Notes: a model not told the origin generated them from the sequence alone. Positions 17,059 through 26,614 are shown, numbered from the stretch's first letter. The stretch: 64,000 nucleotides of DNA from Polyangiaceae bacterium (GCA_050287085.1 JBNKBE010000005.1:128001-192000), one strand, 5' to 3'. Numbers and translations are program-made.

Positions 17059-20000
17059 ATGGCACGTCGCACTCTCCTCTTGGCCCTGAGTTCGCTGATG
17101 GCGAGCTCAGCCGCCTTCACGGCAGCAGCCCAAACGCTCCCAGTAGCCATTCCCAATCCACCCGATCCGCTGATGGACGGGCTCGCTATCCCCGACGACG
17201 CGGCCAGCGTTGGCATGTGGTCGGAGAGTAAGAGTTGGCCACTCGTTTCAATTCACTCGGCCCTGCTCCCAGATGGCAGCGTGCTCACGTTCGGTTCACC
17301 CGTCGGGCAAGGCGCCCAAGATGGCCGCACCTTCGTCCGTTGGAACCCGTGGACGGGTACGACCACGACGACGCCAAACTCGCAGGGTGTCAACAGCTTC
17401 TGCGCCGCCGGCGTGTTGCAGCCCACGTCGGGTCAGATGCTTATCTCGGGCGGCAACGAGTCGATGTCGAGCACCTTGTTCGACTACCGAACGGGAACGC
17501 CGAATACCGATCCCTCGCAGCTGGCCGCGGACCGCTGGTACGCGACGATGACCATGTTGTCGGACGGCAGGACGCTCATCACCGGCGGCTCTTTCCCCTA
17601 CGCGATCAACGTCTGGCAGAACCCGGACTCGACGCAAAGCCTCGCCGACGTGTCGATGACGCCGGAGATCTACACGCCAGGCGCCGGGTGGAGCAGCCTG
17701 TTTGGAGCCAATAGTCGTACGGCGTTCGGTCCCGACTTCAACCGATGGTGGTACCCACGCCAATGGGTAGCACCCGACGGCAACGTCTTTGGGGTTTCCT
17801 CGGAGAAGTGGTGGCGGCTCGACCCGACGGGGGACGGTGCCATCATCGCCTCGGGCAATTTCAAGACGGGACGGGACGATACGACCCGTCCGAACATCGG
17901 CCCCACATCAACCGCCGTGATGTTCGACATCGGTAAGGTGCTTCAAGTTGGAGGCAATGCCTACACCAATGAACACGACGTGGTTTCGAGTGAACGAGCC
18001 ACTGTATTTGACATCAACAGTGGCAATCCCGTCATCACCGATGTGGCCTCCATGCAGTTCCGTCGCACATGGGTTAACTCCATCGTGCTTCCGACGGGCC
18101 AGGTCGTCGTCACCGGCGGCACACAATTTGGTGACCGCGGCGATCCGTATGCCAACTATCAGGCCGAGCTTTGGGATCCCGACACGGAAACGTTCAGCGG
18201 CCTGGCCAGTGCCAGTGTGATCCGCAACTACCACTCAACGACCATTCTACTCGAGAACGGCGCCATCTTTAGCTCCGGCGGAGGCGTCCCGGGACCCGTC
18301 ACCAACTTCAACTACGAAATCTACTATCCGCCGTACTTGTTCACCGCGGCAAACGGCCCCGACACCCTTGCGCCGCGTCCACAGTTGGTCTCCATCGAAG
18401 GCACCCGCTTTGCCCATGGCTCGAGTTTCGAGGTGGAGCTGGCCGACGGGAGCCCGCTATCACGTGTTGCGTTGATCGGCCTGAGTTCGACGACACACAG
18501 CTTCAACATGGGGCAGCGCTACGTTCCCGCGAGCTTTGCGCAGTCGGGCACCATGCTGACGGTGGAAGCACCCTCCGCTAATCTTGCCCCGCCCGGGTAC
18601 TACTTGTTATTCGCCGTCAACGACGCGGGTATCCCTTCCCGCGGCGTCATCATTGCCATTGCCGAGGGCGGCTGCAGCAACGATACCGAATGTGACGACG
18701 GCAACGACTGCACACTGGATCAATGCACCGACGGGCTGTGTTCATCCACCAATCAATGCACCGACCCCGTCGCGTTCTACCCCTTTGAACAGGGCGGTGA
18801 GGATGCCGCCAATCACGGCAACGACGCTACCCTGCAGGGTGGTGCGTCGATCGTAGCAGGACACAGCGGCAACGCCGTATCAATCGACGGCGGAGCACAG
18901 TACGTCGATCTGCCCGATGGGATAGTGAGCCAGTGCGAGGACTTTACCTTCGCCGCCTGGGTCTATCTCGACGACAATCAGGACTGGAACCGTATTTTCG
19001 ACTTCGGCACCGGTACCGATGTGAACATGTTCCTAACGCCCAAGGTCGGCGGACAGAACTCCGTTCGTTTCGCGCTCAAGACCCCAAGCATCGGCGCCGA
19101 AGAGCAGATCACTTTCGACTATCAGTTTCCGCTCGCTACCTGGAAGCACGTGAGCGTAGTCCTAGAGGGAGACCAGGGTCGCCTCTATATTGACGGAGCC
19201 GAAGTGGCGACCGCGACCATCACCGGCAATCCGATGGAGATGGGGGCCACTGGCAACAACTGGCTCGGCCGCTCGAACTGGCCCGATCCCCAGATGAACG
19301 GGCGCTTGGACGACGTCATCGTCTCGTGCCGTGCCTACACAGGAACAGAAATCGGCGCCCTAGCCGCGCCCTGTACCACCGGAGCAGAGTGCGACGACGG
19401 TGATCCGTGCACCGACGATCTCTGCGCCGACGGCAGTTGCTCGTACGCCGACAACGGAAGCTGTCAACCCTCCGACGATCCGCTCGCGACCTACGCCTTC
19501 GACGCGGGTCCGGGGGCGACCGACGGCAGTGGCAACGGCAACGACGGCGCGCTGATGGGTGGAGCAACACTGGCCGCCGACGGAGTCAGTAGCGGCTCAG
19601 TCGCCCTCAGCGGAGCCAATCAATACGTCGACCTTCCTGATGGAGTACTGGCCTCTTGCAGTGATTTCACTTTTGCGGGTTGGGTACGACTAAACACCAA
19701 GGCCGACTGGAGTCGCATCTTCGACTTCGGCTCCAGCACCACGACGAACATGTTCTTGACCCCCAAGGTGGGTGGTGCCGACACTGTTCGCTTCGCCATC
19801 AAAGTGCCAGGCATCAACAACGGCTTCGAAGAGCAGATATCGGCTCCATTCGCCTTCCCCTTGGGGACATGGACACATGTCGCAGTGGTACTTGACGGCG
19901 ATACGGGGACCTTGTTCATCGATGGAACTGCAGTCGCCACCAACACCATTGCAGGTGACCCAAGCGCGCTCGGTAGCACCATCAACAACTGGCTCGGCCG

Positions 20001-23000
20001 TTCCCAGTACGGTGCCGATCCCTACCTCAACGGCAACCTGGACGAGCTGTGGCTCTCCTGCCGTGCCTATTCGCCGCAAGAGATTGCTGCATTGGCGGCT
20101 CCGGTGTCCAGCTGCGGCGACGCCACGTGCGATGCATCCGAGGATTGCTCGACTTGCCCCGCCGACTGCGGCGCTTGCCCAGAAACCTGCGGAAACGGGA
20201 CCTGCGCTCCTTCCGAGGATTGCTCGACTTGCCCCGCCGACTGCGGCGCCTGCCCAGAAACCTGCGGAAACGGGACCTGCGCTCCTTCTGAGGATTGCTC
20301 GTCCTGCTCCGCCGACTGCGGCGTCTGTCCAAACCCAACCCTGCTGGACGTGGACTTCGCTTCGGGCGCAGCTGGATTCACTTATGTAGACGACGCGTTT
20401 CGAGGGACCAACCAACCCGCCTACGCTTCTGGCGAAGTTATGCCAGGAAATCTACGAATCTCGCTCGGTGGGGTCAACGGAAGCGCGATCACGAACATGT
20501 CCGGGGGTTGGGGCTCGACGTTTGAGCTACCCTATAACGCTACCGTTGATGTGCTGGTGGGATACGCGCTCAACGCCGCCCTCAACTATGAGGACAACGA
20601 GTGCAGCGAAGTCCTGATCAGCGTCGACGGGCAATTGCTCTGGTCAGCTGGCAGAGACTATGCCGCGCAGATCTGCAGTGGAGGCGCTCAGTCAGGCACC
20701 TTCACAGCCACTACCCCCCTGCTCTCCGCTGGCAGTCACACTGTGCTCGTCGGGGGCTTCAACAATCAGAAGACCGAGCTCGCTGAACTGACCACAATCG
20801 ATATCGACGAGGTTCTCCTCGTTGCCGGCGCACCAGAGTGCACGAGCGACTCTGACTGTGATGATCTCGACCCCTGCACCGACGACAGCTGCGGCCTGGG
20901 CTCTTGTGCCAGCGTCAACAACGGCTCTTGTCCGGACACCTGTGGCGACGACCTTTGCGGTAGCGGCGAAGCCTGCGACACCTGTCCAAGCGACTGCGGT
21001 CTGTGCGCGAGCGGCGCTAGCCTCATCGACGCCGACTTCGAGAATGGTGTCCAGGGCTTCCTGTACCAGGACGACGCCTTCCGTGGAACCAATCAACCCG
21101 CCTACGCAAGCGGTTCACGCGTAGCAGGTGATCTTACGATCGCCCTTGGCGGGCTCGACGCGGCAGCCGTGCAGAACATGTCGGGGGCATGGGGCAGAAG
21201 CTTCTCTCTCTCTCGGGCCGCAACTGTGAACATCGCGCTCGACTACTCGCTCACCGCCGCTCCGAATTACGAGGATCCGGAATGCAGTCAAGTGCTCGTC
21301 GCCATTGACGGTCAGTTGGTCGGCGCGGCAGGCAACGACTACGTCGTACAGCTCTGCAGCGGAGGAACACAGTCGGCCGTATTCAATGCCGCAGTCGATC
21401 TGGCGCAAGGCATTCATACGATCACCGTCGGCGGCTTCAACAATCAGAAGACGGAGCAGCCTGAGTCAACCACCGTCGCCATTCACTCGCTCACGGTCAC
21501 AGGACCCGCCCCGGAGTGCAGCGTTGATGCCGACTGCGACGACGGGGATCCTTGCACCGACGACAGTTGCATGGCCGATGCGTGTAGCCACCTGGACAAC
21601 GGCAGCTGCGATCCGGAAGACGTGGCCACCTACTCGATGAATGACGCCGGAGGTAGCACCGCCGCGGACATTAGTGGACACGGTCGCAACGCAACGCTGG
21701 TGGCCGGTGCGACGTTCACGGCACAGGGTCTCGTGGGTGGGGCCGCGGAGCTCAACGGGACGGGTGGCTACGTCGACCTGCCAGACGCAGCGCTCAGTGC
21801 TTGCGACGACTTCACATTTGCCGCATGGGTTTGGCTCGACCAGAATCCCGACTGGAATCGGATCTTTGACTTCGGCAACGACACGAACACGAACATGTTC
21901 TTGACTCCGAAGGTCGGGGGTACCAACGCGCTGCGTTTTGCCCTCAAGGTCCCAGGCAACAACGGTGGTGCAGAAGAGCAGGTTAGCTTCCCCATGACCT
22001 TCCCCCTCAGCACCTGGACGCACGTTGCACTGGTACTGAGCGGCAACACGGGTACGCTATACGTGGACGGCTCACCCGTTGCTTCCAACACGCTCAATGG
22101 CAACCCGTCCGACATGGGCGCCACCGTCAACAACTGGCTCGGTCGCTCGAACTGGCCCGACCCATATATGGACGGACGCTTGGACGACGTTCACATATCG
22201 TGTCGGGCGTTCACTGACGACGACATTGCGCAACTGGTTGCCGGAAGCAGCGATACCGTCTCTCGCCGTAGTCTCTTCGAAACGACCCAGGCAGCCGTAT
22301 CGCAGTTCACTCTCGCAGAAACGCTCGGTTTCGCCATCACGAACGCGGGCCTGAGCGGGGACGCAAACACTGTATATCGTCAGCTCGTCGATAGCTACGC
22401 CAGCGCGCCCGGCAATCTTGCGAGCGCAATCCACTGCGGCGACGAAAGCACAAACGGCGTGCCGACGCTGAACGGGTATCCCATTGCCTGCGACCGCCTA
22501 GAGGCGCAGCAAGTTGACAACCTAGACCAATGGTTCGCCACGGCGCTGGTCAATCGCATCGACCTCACCCCTGCAGACGGCGCGCACTGCGGCAATCAGC
22601 GCATTGCATTTGCAAACAACGCGCCCATCGGAAACGGCCGCATGTTGCTCATCGTAGAGGCTCAAGTGCCCAATCCGAACCCTGTCCAGGGGCGACTGGG
22701 GTGCAAGCCAATCGCCGACTTCTGGAAGAGCCTGGAGTCCGTCAGTGATGCTACCGAGCGCGGTCTTCGCCTGCGCGAGGCCTTTTTGAACGGCGGCGGA
22801 GCTGGCTTCGCTCCCTTCATCAATGCCTTCAATCTGACCCAAGGTACCGGTCAGATCCGAACGAACAACTTCAACGACGAGGACTGGACGTTGCGGGAGT
22901 TCAAGTTCGAAATATCGGGCACGAGCAGTCGCATCATCCCCGGTCCCATGGGGGACGCGCCGCCGGGTGTCCTGTGGAACGATACAGTCAACACCCCAAC

Positions 23001-23457
23001 GGGCGAGGCGTGTCGGGCCAACTTTCTCACGGCGCTCGACGGGCTGCTTACGGATGAACCGGGCGCGATGCACTTCGTGGTCGACGAGGCCTGTCGCGAC
23101 TCCGAGAGTCTGAACGACTTCACCGCTCAGAACTACCCCATGCACCTCTTGGCGGGTGATCCAAACGGATTCCAAGCTGAGTTAGCTACGCGTCTACAAG
23201 GCACTGGACTAACGCCGGTCGACATCGCTACCCGCGCGCGCTTCGCCGGTTCTTGTATTGGCTGTCACCAAGAGTCGCGAGGCAATACCCTCGGCAATGG
23301 AGTTGCCGCGCCCTCGTCTTTGAGTTTCGTGCACATCGAGGAGCGCTTCCTCGAAGATTGCGCCGACGGCCCCTGCTTCCCGATATCGCGAGGTCTCAAG
23401 GACGTATTCCTCCCCTATCGCAAGCAGGTCCTCGACGCCTTCAGCACCATGCCCTAG
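17059..23457 (+). CDS. Secreted multidomain copper-radical oxidase (galactose oxidase/AA5-like) with 3 LamG domains, Cys-rich linkers, two copies of an unassigned domain and a C-terminal c-type heme domain
   Basis: Active-site motifs FCAAG (Cys), RWYAT (Tyr), RNYHST (Tyr-His), TTHSFN (His); DUF1929-like APPGYYLLF; three W.RIFDFG..MFLTP..NNWLGRS LamG copies; CIGCH at 23254-23268. Confidence 0.88.
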   Translation: MARRTLLLALSSLMASSAAFTAAAQTLPVAIPNPPDPLMDGLAIPDDAASVGMWSESKSWPLVSIHSALLPDGSVLTFGSPVGQGAQDGRTFVRWNPWTGTTTTTPNSQGVNSFCAAGVLQPTSGQMLISGGNESMSSTLFDYRTGTPNTDPSQLAADRWYATMTMLSDGRTLITGGSFPYAINVWQNPDSTQSLADVSMTPEIYTPGAGWSSLFGANSRTAFGPDFNRWWYPRQWVAPDGNVFGVSSEKWWRLDPTGDGAIIASGNFKTGRDDTTRPNIGPTSTAVMFDIGKVLQVGGNAYTNEHDVVSSERATVFDINSGNPVITDVASMQFRRTWVNSIVLPTGQVVVTGGTQFGDRGDPYANYQAELWDPDTETFSGLASASVIRNYHSTTILLENGAIFSSGGGVPGPVTNFNYEIYYPPYLFTAANGPDTLAPRPQLVSIEGTRFAHGSSFEVELADGSPLSRVALIGLSSTTHSFNMGQRYVPASFAQSGTMLTVEAPSANLAPPGYYLLFAVNDAGIPSRGVIIAIAEGGCSNDTECDDGNDCTLDQCTDGLCSSTNQCTDPVAFYPFEQGGEDAANHGNDATLQGGASIVAGHSGNAVSIDGGAQYVDLPDGIVSQCEDFTFAAWVYLDDNQDWNRIFDFGTGTDVNMFLTPKVGGQNSVRFALKTPSIGAEEQITFDYQFPLATWKHVSVVLEGDQGRLYIDGAEVATATITGNPMEMGATGNNWLGRSNWPDPQMNGRLDDVIVSCRAYTGTEIGALAAPCTTGAECDDGDPCTDDLCADGSCSYADNGSCQPSDDPLATYAFDAGPGATDGSGNGNDGALMGGATLAADGVSSGSVALSGANQYVDLPDGVLASCSDFTFAGWVRLNTKADWSRIFDFGSSTTTNMFLTPKVGGADTVRFAIKVPGINNGFEEQISAPFAFPLGTWTHVAVVLDGDTGTLFIDGTAVATNTIAGDPSALGSTINNWLGRSQYGADPYLNGNLDELWLSCRAYSPQEIAALAAPVSSCGDATCDASEDCSTCPADCGACPETCGNGTCAPSEDCSTCPADCGACPETCGNGTCAPSEDCSSCSADCGVCPNPTLLDVDFASGAAGFTYVDDAFRGTNQPAYASGEVMPGNLRISLGGVNGSAITNMSGGWGSTFELPYNATVDVLVGYALNAALNYEDNECSEVLISVDGQLLWSAGRDYAAQICSGGAQSGTFTATTPLLSAGSHTVLVGGFNNQKTELAELTTIDIDEVLLVAGAPECTSDSDCDDLDPCTDDSCGLGSCASVNNGSCPDTCGDDLCGSGEACDTCPSDCGLCASGASLIDADFENGVQGFLYQDDAFRGTNQPAYASGSRVAGDLTIALGGLDAAAVQNMSGAWGRSFSLSRAATVNIALDYSLTAAPNYEDPECSQVLVAIDGQLVGAAGNDYVVQLCSGGTQSAVFNAAVDLAQGIHTITVGGFNNQKTEQPESTTVAIHSLTVTGPAPECSVDADCDDGDPCTDDSCMADACSHLDNGSCDPEDVATYSMNDAGGSTAADISGHGRNATLVAGATFTAQGLVGGAAELNGTGGYVDLPDAALSACDDFTFAAWVWLDQNPDWNRIFDFGNDTNTNMFLTPKVGGTNALRFALKVPGNNGGAEEQVSFPMTFPLSTWTHVALVLSGNTGTLYVDGSPVASNTLNGNPSDMGATVNNWLGRSNWPDPYMDGRLDDVHISCRAFTDDDIAQLVAGSSDTVSRRSLFETTQAAVSQFTLAETLGFAITNAGLSGDANTVYRQLVDSYASAPGNLASAIHCGDESTNGVPTLNGYPIACDRLEAQQVDNLDQWFATALVNRIDLTPADGAHCGNQRIAFANNAPIGNGRMLLIVEAQVPNPNPVQGRLGCKPIADFWKSLESVSDATERGLRLREAFLNGGGAGFAPFINAFNLTQGTGQIRTNNFNDEDWTLREFKFEISGTSSRIIPGPMGDAPPGVLWNDTVNTPTGEACRANFLTALDGLLTDEPGAMHFVVDEACRDSESLNDFTAQNYPMHLLAGDPNGFQAELATRLQGTGLTPVDIATRARFAGSCIGCHQESRGNTLGNGVAAPSSLSFVHIEERFLEDCADGPCFPISRGLKDVFLPYRKQVLDAFSTMP
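20137..20330 (+). repeat. Intragenic 75-bp tandem repeat, about 2.6 copies, encoding SEDCSTCPADCGACPETCGNGTCAP
   Basis: Copies start at 20137, 20212 and 20287; copies 1 and 2 differ at a single base. Confidence 0.9.
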
Positions 23458-23500
23458 CCAAGACGGCTGCTAGGGGAGCCGCTACGCCGACGCGCGTAGG

Positions 23501-23538
23501 CCCCACCCGACGCAAGTCGGCGTGGGGTTTGTCTTTTT
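23501..23538 (+). terminator. Rho-independent terminator after the sco-oxidase pair
   Basis: CCCCAC-CCGAC GCAA GTCGG-C-GTGGGG stem followed by TTTGTCTTTTT, about 45 nt after the stop codon. Confidence 0.75.
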
Positions 23539-23913
23539 GGTGACTGTACACACGACGACAGATAGACCTGCATTCCCACAAGCCTGGATTATTCCTACAC
23601 ATATCAAATGAGCGGCGACTCCGTGGGGGTGCGCTTCGGGTCAAGCGCACTCTGCTGACCCCCAGCAGCATCACGGCTTATTGCGAACGTCCGAACGTGG
23701 CACGACATTACACGGAACACTCGACGCGCGGACGACCTAGGGCCAGTCTTTGAAGCCCGACCGACTGCAGTGGTTGGCTCTAGCTGAAACGTGCCGAGAG
23801 CCGGCTTGCCTGCACTGCACCCGCGCATCGCAAACACCTCCATGTTTCAGAAGATCCCCCGCCGCGTCGCCGACTCCCCTCTTGCTTCCTCGCCCATTCG
23901 TCGCAACGACGGC

Positions 23914-25617
23914 ATGTCCGTGGAACCTGCGGCCCTGGCCCTTTTCTGTTGCGCGCTACTTCCTGGTGCCATCGCGTGTAGTGATGGCGGGGCTGCAGTC
24001 GCGGGGCATGGGGGAGCCACCTCTGGCGCGGGCAGCGACGCCGCAGGAATGAGCGCCGCGGGACCACTGGAGCCCCTCACTGCTGGTGCGACGGCGTCAG
24101 AGGCAGGTGCTGGTAACCCTTCGTCGGCAAGTGGCGGCACGCCCTCCGGTGGTGAAACGAGTTCTGATGATGTCGCAGGTGCACCCTCCAGTGGCGAAGG
24201 TGGCGCAAACCCGGGAGCGTCCCAGGGCGGTGGCAACGCAGGTGCGGACGAGGCGGCGGGTGCAGCGGGTGAGGCAGCTACCCCTACGGACGAACCCGCT
24301 CCCGAGCTCCCCGCGGGTGTGCTCAAACTGTCGCCGCAGCCCGGCGCGAGCGCCGCTTGCTTGGATCCCGCTCTGATGATGCGCTTCGAGGACCGAGTGC
24401 GTCTGGCAACTCGCGGCCGCTTTCTGCTCTACGAGGAGGGACAAGCCACGCCCGCCGCGTCGGTGGATTTGTCGCAGGACAACGTCCTTGTCAATGTCGG
24501 CGGTTCCGAGCTGCGAGTTCCATTGCCGGTATTCGTGGCCGATAGCGGTGCCGACTATCGCACGGGGACCGAAGGAGACGCCGTATTCGTCACCTTCGCC
24601 AGCACGCTCACCCCTGGGCGTAGCTACCGCGTTGAACTCGAGGGCACCCCCATCATCAACAGTGCCGGAGACGCGCCGGTACCGGCTGAAAGCTTGAGCT
24701 GGACCTTCACCACGCAAACCAGTGCCCCTTCCGGCTCGCAGCTAGCAGTCGGCTATGAGCCCGGCGCAGATTATTGCACTCTACAGGCAGCTATAGATGC
24801 GGCCTCGAACAACACCACCTTAGACATCGGTGAGGGGGTCTATCACGGCTTGTTACGGATGAACGACAAGCAGGGCATCGTCCTGCGCGGCTCCGACCGG
24901 AACCGTACACGCCTGGTCGGCATCAACAACGAGAACCTGAACGGTGGCACTCGCTCCCGCCCGCTGGTCCTGGTTCAGTCCGCATCGGATCTGACCATCG
25001 AGCGAATGACAATCGCCAACCTAACACCTCAAGGTGGTTCGCAGGCTGAGGCGCTGGCGCTGATGGACTGCGAGCGCTGCGTGGTTCGGAATGCGACGAT
25101 CGAAAGCCTGCAGGATACTCTGCTGTGGGAGGGTCGAATCTACGCTGAAGACTGCCTGATTGTCGGCAACGTCGACTACATCTGGGGTCGTGGTGCCGCG
25201 TACTTCTCCCAATGCGAGATGCGCACGGTGGGACGCAAAGGGTATAATCTGCAAGCGCGCAACGCGGTGGGCGCAGCGGGCTACGTGTTCGTCGATTCAA
25301 AACTCACGGCTGACCCCGGGATCAACGGCGACGTGCTCGCGCGAATTGATGTCAGCGCCTACCCCGGCAGCCAGGTGGCCTACGTCGACTGTGAGATGGG
25401 CAGTCACATCGACCCCAGTGGCTGGCTCGTCACGGGTGGCGGCTCCACGAATCAACTGAGATTCTGGGAGTATCAAAGCCGAACGCCGCAAGGCGCTCTC
25501 GTCGACGTGAGCCGGCGACTGCCCGGCTCACGCCAACTATCTGACCAGGAAGCCGCCCAACTGCGAGACCCTGCCAACGTCTTGGGTGGCTGGACGCCCC
25601 CCACAGGCGGCCAGTAA
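23914..25617 (+). CDS. Lipoprotein with Ig-like (Big_5-like) domain and pectinesterase (CE8)-family domain
   Basis: Lipobox AIAC; Gly/Ser linker; TLQAAID, QAEAL, LQDTL, GNVDYIWG motifs. Start moved to ATG at 23914. Confidence 0.8.
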   Translation: MSVEPAALALFCCALLPGAIACSDGGAAVAGHGGATSGAGSDAAGMSAAGPLEPLTAGATASEAGAGNPSSASGGTPSGGETSSDDVAGAPSSGEGGANPGASQGGGNAGADEAAGAAGEAATPTDEPAPELPAGVLKLSPQPGASAACLDPALMMRFEDRVRLATRGRFLLYEEGQATPAASVDLSQDNVLVNVGGSELRVPLPVFVADSGADYRTGTEGDAVFVTFASTLTPGRSYRVELEGTPIINSAGDAPVPAESLSWTFTTQTSAPSGSQLAVGYEPGADYCTLQAAIDAASNNTTLDIGEGVYHGLLRMNDKQGIVLRGSDRNRTRLVGINNENLNGGTRSRPLVLVQSASDLTIERMTIANLTPQGGSQAEALALMDCERCVVRNATIESLQDTLLWEGRIYAEDCLIVGNVDYIWGRGAAYFSQCEMRTVGRKGYNLQARNAVGAAGYVFVDSKLTADPGINGDVLARIDVSAYPGSQVAYVDCEMGSHIDPSGWLVTGGGSTNQLRFWEYQSRTPQGALVDVSRRLPGSRQLSDQEAAQLRDPANVLGGWTPPTGGQ

Positions 25618-25711
25618 CGAGTGCGAAGCAACTGTCGGCGGCTGCCCTGACTAGAGAGCATGGCGACGGTCGGAAACGAAAGTTGCGGCGACAACCCCCA
25701 GCTCGACTGAA

Positions 25712-26614
25712 CTACAGAATGTTCTGCCCCAGGGCAGAGAGAACCAGCGTTACCGCCGTCTGGGCTGTTTCGTTGCGGACATCCAGCATGGGGTTCACCT
25801 CAACGACATCCATGGCCCCCAACCGCGTTGTATCCGCGATGTGCTCCATCAATAGATGCATCTCGCGAAAGGTGATGCCCCCGCGAACTGGAGTCGCCAC
25901 ACCAGGAGCATGACTCGGGTCGAGCGCGTCGATATCGAGACTTAGGTGCAGGTGCTCACACTCCGCAAGGTGCGCAAGGGCCGCCCGGGCCACTGCATTC
26001 ATCCCGCGTTCATCGATGTCCCTCATCGAAAACGTAAGGATACCTGACTCGCGCAAACGAACGCGCTCGCTCCGATCAAGCTGCCGTACTCCGATCAACA
26101 CGACGTGCTCAGGCCGGATCGAGCTTCCCTGGAAGCCAACGTCGACCAGACGCGGATCGCCATGGCCAACCAGTGCGGCAAGGGGCATGCCGTGTATGTT
26201 GCCGGACGGCGATGTCGCAGGGGTGTTGAAGTCAGCATGGGCATCAACCCAGATAAGCCCAGTATGGCGACCCCAGGTCGAAGCCGCCACGCTGCCGACG
26301 GCCACCGAATGATCCCCCCCCAGAACGAGAGGGAAGCGCCCTTGGCTTAGAGCCTGACAACACTGAATAAACAGTTGCTGATTCGCCGCAGCAATAGCGT
26401 CCATACGGTCCTCAGGAACCACGGACACTGCCGGCAAGACTGGTATGTTGCCCGCGTCCGTAACGACATGCCCTTCTCGCACCAGCGACTCGCGCAAGCC
26501 TGCGTAGCGAATCGCGGCAGGGCCAACGTCTGTCCCTCGCTCCGTCTGGCCCAGATCCAAAGGCACACCTATCACGTGCACATGTCGGGACCGCTCGTTG
26601 CTTGCAGCGTTCAC
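25712..26614 (-). CDS. rocF: Arginase
   Basis: GGDHS, DAHADFN, SPSGNIHGMP, SLDIDALDP, PGVATPV.GG, EVNP. Confidence 0.93.
   Translation of the reverse strand: MNAASNERSRHVHVIGVPLDLGQTERGTDVGPAAIRYAGLRESLVREGHVVTDAGNIPVLPAVSVVPEDRMDAIAAANQQLFIQCCQALSQGRFPLVLGGDHSVAVGSVAASTWGRHTGLIWVDAHADFNTPATSPSGNIHGMPLAALVGHGDPRLVDVGFQGSSIRPEHVVLIGVRQLDRSERVRLRESGILTFSMRDIDERGMNAVARAALAHLAECEHLHLSLDIDALDPSHAPGVATPVRGGITFREMHLLMEHIADTTRLGAMDVVEVNPMLDVRNETAQTAVTLVLSALGQNIL

Noticed and set aside
23697..23714. TGGCACG as a sigma54 promoter for the pectinesterase gene
   Set aside because: No GC at the -12 position (reads TGGCACGACATTACA).
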